Assembly (NCBI RefSeq): GCF_964275005.1 | Contig: NC_092704.1 | Location: 35,154,001 to 35,216,000 of the forward strand | DNA: 62,000 nucleotides | Direction: 5' to 3' | DNA from: Diadema setosum | Taxonomy: Eukaryota | Shown: one piece after another, positions 1 through 8,392 of the stretch | How the letters are laid out: each line of letters starts with the position of its first letter | How positions within the stretch are numbered: position 1 is the stretch's first letter | Position numbers and translations under genes: made by a program | Notes under the pieces: generated by a model | Seen by the model: only the letters and a program-made list of their open reading frames with translations | The model's database searches: none | Told to the model about the DNA's origin: nothing

Positions 1-526
1 ATCAAATTTAGTTCTACTCTGCAGAGAATTCAAAGCAGTTTCCTCAAACAAATTAAATCAGAATTAAAACAAAGATAGTATCGCACATACGCTACACGCG
101 ACAATGTGGAATTTTGTGTCTTGGTGATTAATTATCCAGTGGTCTTGTACAAATCAAAATACAAAAAAAAAAAAAAAAAAGTCCTCACAGTATCACAGAA
201 GTACGTTCCATATATTTGGGCTCATTCCTAAGTCACTGTAAATTAAATTTTTACACTTTTTCCATCACAGTGTAAAAATCAGTGAGGATACATGAGGAAT
301 TTATATTTCAACCAATTTTCACAAATTCTCCACTATTTCACTTTGAACTTTAGGTTGTGAACAAGCAGGTTGATTAAAAATGGTACAGCAAATGAACAAA
401 AAAAATGTAGGGGCCTACTATGTGTGCATGTGTGTGTGTGTGTGTGTGAGGGGGGGGGGGGGGAGAGAGCATTACAGCATTGTGACCTAACATGCGTAAA
501 ATCATATTGTGATGATTTGACAAGTA

Positions 527-737
527 CTGTAAAAGTGGAAATTTTCATGGTGTTGAAATTTTCACACATTTCGCGCAACCAGAAGCTAGCGCGAAAATAA
601 AAGCACACAAATATTTTTCCTTGCCATATATGTTCCAGTAGTTAATGTCTTGATTCCAAGGAATTCAAAACACGCGAAACTGTTCTTATCCAGCCAAGCG
701 CGAAAAATTAATCGTGTGAAAATATCCACTTTTAGGG
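527..737. mobile_element. Tc1/mariner-type MITE (CTGTAAAAGTGGA family)
   Basis: Imperfect TIRs ctgtaaaagtgga...tccacttttaggg flanked by TA; homologous in inverted orientation to 37952-38160. Confidence 0.75.
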
Positions 738-1184
738 TACATTCATGACAAATCCAGGCATGTCCCATATCTATGCCTACTTTGAAATATTTAGATGTAA
801 TGAATGTTGATGGATAGCACAAGGTCACAAACTTAGTTATTCCGTAATGTACACTGCTACTCTCTAGTAAACATACAGATGTTTTCTACAGCCTCTCTGG
901 TGTCAAATTCAAATGTTCATCATATATGACCTTCGCCACTCCTACTCACAGCTAGATAGTTGATGTCAACACAGGTGAATAGGATGGTTCATTAGTCCTC
1001 CCAATAAACATTCAGTAGAATGTGTACATTTCACTTGAGCTTGACTTCCCATGAAGAGAACAAAAATCTTGGGTCACGTATTGGAGCCACTGTTTGTATT
1101 TCCCAAGCACTTCTACAATAGCACCACTCTTCTGAGATATCTTTGTGTACAAATGCATGCATGCTCCATGTGCAGAAAATTCTC

Positions 1185-1187
<3 letters not shown>

Positions 1188-1238
<51 letters not shown>
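1188..1238. repeat. (CA)n microsatellite
   Basis: Pure CA run; similar runs at ~430-448 (TG) and ~23073-23112 (CA). Confidence 0.95.
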
Positions 1239-1243
<5 letters not shown>

Positions 1244-2282
1244 GTGTACACACACATTCAAAACATGGAGTATTGATGATTCATGATCTCATCCTTGACA
1301 TAAAACAATCCCACAAAAGACAAAAGCCTGGGGAAAAAAGTATTTGCCATTCCCAAGATGAAAAACCTCCAAAATTTTACTTTCAAAATTCTATTGGAAT
1401 GTTTCTGTAATGATAAAACATCCATCAAACCAAAACATATCACGGAACCAAGAAATGATCTATTAGGAGTATGGTAATAATGTATTATATGAGATTTTCT
1501 GCATCAAATAGTGAAAACTGCACAGCAGCTAATTCCTTGTTTGTCCAATAGCAAGATCAAGGGTCGCACAAACCTGGCACTGGCCGAGAATGCCCACACA
1601 TGTTTAAATTAAAAGCATTGATAATACTTGATAAGCACCCATGGATATCAACCACATGAGGCTTAAAAAAATATCATGCTTTGACCTACAACTGGCATAG
1701 ATTCCTTGCTCAGTTTGCACGCAGTATTAACAGAAGGTCATTACACAAGATATTCCTCCCACTTGCCCCAATTACATTAATTTGATTCATTATATGGTCT
1801 ATTCAACATTTGTGAATTACATTTTGTCAACCTGGGCAAGCAGGCAAACAGGTTAGTATCATCCTGATCACAGGAATACACTGGTTAGTCCTGATCACAG
1901 TCCTGATTACACTGCTGTTAGTCTGGTAAATATTTCCAGTGTGGAGGGGCTCAGTGATTTGGACAACTCATTGACATCATTTTATGCTATTAAGGAGAGT
2001 AGACTTGAGACGGATGAAACAAGGGGTTTTACTTCTAATGAAAGACAAACAGACAAATAGAGGAATAGACAGATAGATGATAAATAAAGGATGGATAGAT
2101 AGAAAGATAGGTAGATAGACAGATGAATACAACAATGGTAGATGATCAGATGGATTCAACCTGTTACATGATACATTGATAAACTAGTGAGAGGATGGTT
2201 GGTAAATTGATACATTAGGAAAAGATGACAAAAAAGATAGATAAAGGTTAATATAATATATTGCTTTTTATGGGTAAATATA

Positions 2283-2597
2283 TACTTGGATGGACAGAAG
2301 AACAAAATCAGATAGATTGATTGATGAATGGAGAGGATGAAAAGTAGACTTACAACCCCTGATACTTGGATGGATAGAAGAATAAAATCAGATAGATTGT
2401 TTGATGGATGGAGAGGATGAAAAGTAGACTATAATACCCCTGATACTTGGATGGATAGAAGAATAAAATCAGATAGATTGTTTGATGGATGGAGGGGATG
2501 AAAAGAAGACTTACCCCTGATACTTGGATGGATAGAAGAATAAAATCAGATAGATTGTTTGATGAATGGAGAGGATGAAAAGAAGACTTACCCCTGA
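2283..2597. repeat. Minisatellite, 4 copies of a ~77-81 bp unit, overlapping a host splice donor
   Basis: tacttggatgg..agaagaa.aaaatcagatagattg..tgatg.atggag.ggatgaaaag.agact recurs at 2283, 2363, 2444 and 2521. Confidence 0.9.
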
Positions 2598-2693
2598 GGT
2601 CCTTCCATCAATCCTTTCAGCATGTTCAGGGTATTTCTTCTTCAGGTAGTCCATTATGACTGGACTTTCTTTTACTTTCCCTGATGAGGTAGT
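2592..2693 (-). CDS. SRCIN1/KIAA1217-like: Internal coding exon (102 nt, phase 0-0) of an SRCIN1/KIAA1217-family gene: TTSSGKVKESPVIMDYLKKKYPEHAERIDGRTSG
   Basis: Minus-strand acceptor tctcttttatctgatcacag and donor GGG|gtaagt; only one frame is open; MDYLKKKYPEHA resembles the recalled family motif F[LM][ED]HLK.KYP.HA. Confidence 0.8.
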
Positions 2694-4959
2694 CTGTGAT
2701 CAGATAAAAGAGATTAAAGAGAAGTGATGTGGAACACTGATTTCACATAAAACAAAACCCACCAACTTGGGATGAGGGATTATAAAAGTATGACATTTGA
2801 CACCGAATGTCAAAACTTTTACTGCTGAACAAGACAAACAAGGAGAGTCAGCAACATCAACAAACAGGGGAGCTGTGCATTTGGCAGGCCTTCCACATCC
2901 CATGAACTTTGGAGCATAGAACGTTTTCACAAGGAGCACCTTGCAAACATATTGCAAGGTTTCACTTTTTATTTTGATGGCTTACAGTATGAAAGAATAC
3001 ACTGTGAGTGCAAGTATTGACTTTGGATTTTAAAATTGCTTTGTTCAGAATTGCATTATAAGTCACATAACTGATGTGAATGCACATAAAACCTAGAAAA
3101 AAAAAATACGATGTAGTTCAATCATACCTCAGCCAACCTACACAGTTATTTTCTATAATGATGGGATTTCTTCTTCTTTTTTTTCTTTGAAAATAAGTCT
3201 TTTGAAATGTGTGCTTTTATTTTCTTTTTATTTGTGTATGGCTAGTCTTCATGATGTCTTCTTTGTCTATACAAAAGCAAACTCACATAAATGTTTTTTG
3301 CATGTTTTACATAGGCCTACTTGCTGCTAAACGAGTTTAGTTCTTTGTAGACATGATGATCAGACTGGCACTGAAATCACTGGAGTTCCTCATACAGAAT
3401 GTTACAAAAATAATGTGAATGGAATCTAATGCCAGGTCATCAACCTACAAGCACATTCCTGGCTGTGACTTATGCACTTCTTTTTACATGCAATAAAAGC
3501 CAACCTTGGTTGATATTTCTGAGAATTGTATACAGTATCTACTAGCAGCTATTATCAGTCTGGTAGCGACCACAAAAGAAAACAAACATGACAATGAAGT
3601 TTGCTCTTTTATCAAAAGACAGCTAGGACATTTACAATGGTGTGCTGGAGATATTCATGCCAGTAAAATGCCAGTAACATGTGTTCAAAATTATTACCAG
3701 ATCTACTGTTTATTGCCACTTGTAAATCACTTTTTTTTTTTCCACACCAAACCAGTTTCCATCATCAATGCATGTCCAACATCCCTATTTCAAGTTGGTA
3801 GCTTTTGAAAAAGAAGATTTCATAGCATGTTTTTATCATTTTCTTTTAACATTTTTCTCGGGTCACATGACCAAAATTGTGGGCATTATACACATAATCA
3901 CTGTACTAACAAAATATCAGACTGCCTTGTACTATGCTTTCCCCTATCCTTTTGTATCAGGGCCACATTATTAAATTAACCTGCATAAAAAGGTCATCAT
4001 TCATATAGCCAAACAGAGTGCTCTTACACTGTATGTAACAGCAGAAAAATTCAGATCACTGGCGAAATGTTTGCAGGTGTCATGTCTCAGTTGTTTTAGG
4101 GCAACTCTAGCGTAGCAATACCACACGATGCAAACATAACAACATTGGAACATACGCAGTACTTTGTGAGCTCTAAGAATCAAAATTCAAGGATTGTGCA
4201 AATACTGACAAGTTTTCAAGCATGTACTCAAGTAGTAATCTTTTCAACTGCAGTAAATATTGCATTTATGATCTTCAAGTTAAAAAATTAATAAGACCTT
4301 AAACACATATGATATTGCTGTACAAGTACTTTGTATTATCACTTTGAAGTGTCTTCAAGAAACAACACTTGTGGAAAACAGGATTAATGAACTGTAATAT
4401 GTGAATATAGGCCTACTGTAATAAGACCCATTCAAATTACATTACACTAAATGCTCCACTCAAAATACGTCTTGATTTACATAAAATCTCAGTTATCAGG
4501 AGTGGACTAAACAACGATGAATATTGCCAAAATCTCTTTATATTCAACATTCTTCTTGCACCTTGATTATCAATGTAGGTTTGCACTGTGTATTTCAGTC
4601 TAGTTAGATCCCTATAATGAAAAGCCACCAAAACGTTGTCTTCATATACCATTGTTTACGCACAATTCAGGGGATTATGTTTGAGCAATTCCAACAGAGC
4701 ATGACGCAAGTCATTGGAGTGTAGTACAGTGAATAATGCACCGTGTCTTCATGTGCATTGACTCTTTGTTCTGTGATACCCCAAGAAAATAGCCCCCCCC
4801 CCCCATTTTTTGAAAGTTTGGACAATTGCACTGATTCAAATGACAAGAACATACCCTCACAAACTTGATCCATCCACCCCTAAAACCCGGAGTGGAGTTA
4901 ACCAAACTGCTTGAAATTCAGAGAAAAATGACATCACTCAGATGGATGTGGTTTTGAGC

Positions 4960-5017
4960 ACACTTTCATCCCTGCATCCATCTTGACTGGACGTGTGTTA
5001 TCTTTCTCTGCATACAG
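4960..5017 (+). repeat. 58-bp intra-LTR direct repeat, copy 1, followed directly by splice donor GTAAGA
   Basis: acactttcatccctgcatccatcttgactggacgtgtgttatctttctctgcatacag is identical to 6629-6686; also present at 14068-14125 and 15737-15794. Confidence 0.95.
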
Positions 5018-6617
5018 GTAAGAAATCTTGCTTTTACCCCTTTTCAACTATTCAAAATCATTCCTTCCGATTGTTATAATTGGTGATTTTGTGATATTTA
5101 GTGTTTTGTAGACGAATTGAATGGTTATTCCTTCAGAGAAGAGGAATTCTGAACACCAGTGGTGTTCTCAGCGAAGTTATTGAATATATGTATTTGTATT
5201 GACCTATTATCACTTACGACTGGATATGACTGGTATGCTAGTGTTGGTGAATAATAGAAATTGTGTTACTGTTATAATTGTGTAGTGATTGAGTAGTTTT
5301 CATGCTGTAAGAGTTGAAAATTACAACTTAAGCTGATTTAATTCCGGATTAAGTGCTGTTAGTGCGAGTGTGAACAAGCCATAGGCCGTACTACCCTGTG
5401 TAGGAGGACGGTCAGTCTAAACACTCTCCTAGGCGGTGCACCGTGCAAGAGTCCGTTGACCTTAGGCTATCTTGGGAATGACTGTAAAGTGACTGATATA
5501 TATGTTATTCTGACTGAAAGCCCAAATGCCTTAACGAGTGTGCTAATTGTAAATAGTACTTGGTATGATGCTAATGGAATAGTAGTGTAGCATTGTGCAG
5601 AATGGAAACAGTGACGGATGATAATAGTGTACATTTGTAGACACATGTAGAATAGAGGTAGAGACAGAGAGTCGGTGTGAACACAGTTTGGGTGACTCAC
5701 GCCAACCTCCACACCTTATCGGCCAGAGCTCTGACCACTAGTTCTCTGGACGGAGTGTTTATAGTTGTGGTCAGTGTCTCTCTCACTTTCCCAGCTCCTC
5801 AGTTCCTCACTTTTTGGCCAGTTCCTCACTTTGGTATAAAGAAATCAAAAGGGAATCATTCAGGGATCGTCCCTAAAGTTTGGTGTTCAGAACGACTGTC
5901 GAGAAATTCTTGAAATACTTTCGCTTTTGCCTGACGGCAGGGATCATCTCAAATGTTGTTAAAGTCTATGTTGTAAAAGATTTTACAGAAGCGTTTGGTT
6001 TTATCATGGAGCTACTCCATGGCTTTATATGAGAGGAATAAAATACAGAATCGAACAGGAAAGAGAGAGAAAACCTGGCTTTTAGAGAAATAAAGGAAAA
6101 CTAAGGAAGTCAGATTTGTTTTGCAGTGTATTAAGACTACCGGTTTTCCTTCTTGCTTTTTAAACAATTCTTGCCAAAGAAGTGAATACATTCCAGGTTT
6201 AGGTTTATTTAATCATTTGCGTTTCAGTTCATCGATACAAACGGAGATTAATCAAATGATAGGTAGTTGCGTTTATTTGATTAAATCATTAACATTTTAA
6301 ATGACTGGTTAAGGTAAAGCTATAGATTGCTTTATTAAAGGAGAATCTTACAGTTGATTATGCTTACTATAAAGGAATATTAAGATTGATTGTTACGAGT
6401 AAGTGTTATAAATAACCTTTGATTTTCGAGACTCTTTGAGGTATAAATCAAGCATCATATTGGGCAAGGTAAATTATCAATTACACTGATGAAGAATTAG
6501 ATATTCATATCAGCAAATTGCATGTGTCATTCACATTGTGTTGATGAGAAGAAGTGTTTGATAATTATTTTGATTGTGATTAATATGATCATTGAAATTC
6601 GGTATGATTTATACCAG

Positions 6618-6623
6618 AATAAA
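6618..6623 (+). terminator. Candidate poly(A) signal AATAAA (functional copy expected in the 3' LTR at 15726-15731)
   Basis: AATAAA 5 nt before repeat copy 2, followed by CA dinucleotides and a GU/U-rich gtgtgttatctttct element. Confidence 0.6.
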
Positions 6624-6628
6624 GAGAG

Positions 6629-6686
6629 ACACTTTCATCCCTGCATCCATCTTGACTGGACGTGTGTTATCTTTCTCTGCATACAG
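6629..6686 (+). repeat. 58-bp intra-LTR direct repeat, copy 2 (ends at the predicted 3' splice site)
   Basis: Exact match to 4960-5017; identity stops at CAG. Confidence 0.95.
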
Positions 6687-6746
6687 ATCAAAGTGATATT
6701 GGATTGTGAATTCAACCCAGTTACCCGAGACCCGGGTAACATTTTC

Positions 6747-6763
6747 TGGCGACCCTGCCAGGA
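6747..6763 (+). promoter_or_regulatory. Primer-binding site, probably tRNA-Arg
   Basis: TGGCGACCCTGCCAGGA lies 5 nt after the LTR; its complement TCCTGGCAGGGTCG-CCA resembles the recalled invertebrate tRNA-Arg(ACG) 3' end. A U5 hairpin gttacccg/cgggtaac (6720-6740) precedes it. Confidence 0.8.
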
Positions 6764-7006
6764 CGGCAAATCAACGGGTTTGAAGGATGACGACTTGCTG
6801 TCCTTGGACACTGAACCTGGTATGAGCAGTTAACCTCGTGATGCGACGACGAATTGGCTAACAGCTATACGTACTGAGACTCCACGGCGAAGGCTTGGGT
6901 GAAAGTGAAGGAAAGCTAGTCTACAAGGCCAGATAGGGGCAGAATATCAGCAAAGTAGCTGCCGGAGAGCCTGACCTTGCAGATCCGAGAATTCGACACT
7001 TTCGAC

Positions 7007-8392
7007 ATGGAAGCCTTCGAGGAAGCTCAGTTTGAGATAGAAGAGCAGCTGTTTGGTCTTCGCATCGAGGAGCTACGACAGGTATGTCCTCTCTTGGGCA
7101 TACCCACACCGGCCGAGGATCGGTCCCGACAAGCTCTAGTACGGATGGTGCAGTCTTCCCTTCGGAAATTAAGCCCGGAGGAGGAGGGAGCCAAGGAAAA
7201 ACTGGAGACCTTGAAAGCGCGGATTGATGCGATTAAGCAAGGTCCCAGTGATGACAAGGACGAGATGCAGGTTCTAATAGAGGCTCACAAGGCCAGGATG
7301 AGCCAGATGGAGAGTGACTTCCAGGAGAGGTTGCGACTTTTGGAAGCCCGTGCTGATGAGAACACGCATCGACAAGAAGAACCGCACCCCTTGCCTCCTT
7401 CCACGCCACCACCTGCTGCTACCATCCCCGACCACGCGATGACGACTATGCCTCCCTCAACTGTCCCTCCACTCTTCCGGAAGGAACTGCGGATCAGTGG
7501 GCAGATCGGGGAACCGAACCAGAAAGATCGTTTAACCTACACTAGCCTCAACCACCAGATAGAGGCTGCCCTCTCAAAGGGTTACAGCGAAAGGGAAGTG
7601 ATAGAGGCAGTGGTGAGAGCCATCACCCCAGGACTTCGCCTTAGGTCCTACCTCGAGAATCACGCTTGCCTGACCCTGGTCACTCTGAGGACGGTTCTGA
7701 AGGCCCATTTTCAGGAGAAGGATGCCACGGAAGTCTATCAGGAACTGTCAAACATTAGCCAACTTAAAAGTGAAACGCCACAGGCATTCGTAATGAGGGC
7801 ACTTGACCTGAAACAGCGGGTTCTCCTCGCGTCTGCAGACTCCACCGCTGGGTTGAGGTATGACCCCCACCTCGTCCAGAGCATGTTTGTACATGCAGTG
7901 GTCACGGGGTTAACAAACGATAACATCCGGCAGGACATTAAGCAATCCCTCACCCCAGGAGTGTCTGATGAAGAACTTTTGGAGAAACTCACTGCCGCTG
8001 CATCCTTAGAAGCAAAGCGCCTCCAGAAGGTTGGGGTAAAACCTCAAAGAATCAACACAATCACGACGGAGGAGCCCCCATCTAAAAGCCCTAAGGAACG
8101 GAAGCCAGACCTGCGCGAAGAGATGGCTGCCCAGATTGCAGAATTGAGAGCGAGTATTGAAGCTCTTCAGGGGAAAATGTCGACATCTCAGCGCTCCCCA
8201 CAACAACAACAACCACAAGGAGCCGGGCGTCGACCACCTCAGCGACCACGGGGCTGCCCATCATGCCGCCAAGAAGGGACAGGAGATGAGTGTCAGCACT
8301 GTTACAAGTGTGGTAGCAGTGAACACTTCGCTCGGGGATGCAGAAAACGACAGGGAAACGACCAGGGGGCACCCAGCGGGGACAGGGTGTAA
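7007..8392 (+). CDS. gag: Gag polyprotein (461 aa from first ATG): coiled-coil N-terminus, capsid-like core, CCHC knuckle
   Basis: ORF 6977-8392 with first ATG in gacATGg context; CYKCGSSEHFARGC zinc knuckle preceded by an extra CPSC...C.HC cluster. Confidence 0.93.
   Translation: MEAFEEAQFEIEEQLFGLRIEELRQVCPLLGIPTPAEDRSRQALVRMVQSSLRKLSPEEEGAKEKLETLKARIDAIKQGPSDDKDEMQVLIEAHKARMSQMESDFQERLRLLEARADENTHRQEEPHPLPPSTPPPAATIPDHAMTTMPPSTVPPLFRKELRISGQIGEPNQKDRLTYTSLNHQIEAALSKGYSEREVIEAVVRAITPGLRLRSYLENHACLTLVTLRTVLKAHFQEKDATEVYQELSNISQLKSETPQAFVMRALDLKQRVLLASADSTAGLRYDPHLVQSMFVHAVVTGLTNDNIRQDIKQSLTPGVSDEELLEKLTAAASLEAKRLQKVGVKPQRINTITTEEPPSKSPKERKPDLREEMAAQIAELRASIEALQGKMSTSQRSPQQQQPQGAGRRPPQRPRGCPSCRQEGTGDECQHCYKCGSSEHFARGCRKRQGNDQGAPSGDRV

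Larger units (their letters stand above)
5018..6686 (+). other. Predicted 1,669-nt spliceosomal intron inside the LTR (3' LTR equivalent 14126-15794)
   Basis: CAG|GTAAGA donor; cttgac branch-like motif about 30 nt upstream of a tctttctctgcatacag acceptor. No transcript evidence available. Confidence 0.65.
4772..6741 (+). repeat. 5' LTR (1,970 bp)
   Basis: TGTGATACCCC...GGGTAACA; direct repeat of 13880-15849 at a constant offset of 9108 (the small ORFs in the track recur at this offset). Confidence 0.97.

Noticed and set aside
1012..1410. CV/HT-repeat ORFs
   Set aside because: Translations of the (CA)n microsatellite.
5467..5913. Small ORFs inside the LTR (81 and 78 aa; repeated at 14575-15021)
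   Set aside because: Non-ATG starts, no recognisable motifs; duplication only reflects LTR identity.
6485..6515. CTGATGA in the LTR as a hammerhead core
   Set aside because: No stem II followed by GAAA; it pairs as a simple hairpin with ttcatatcag.
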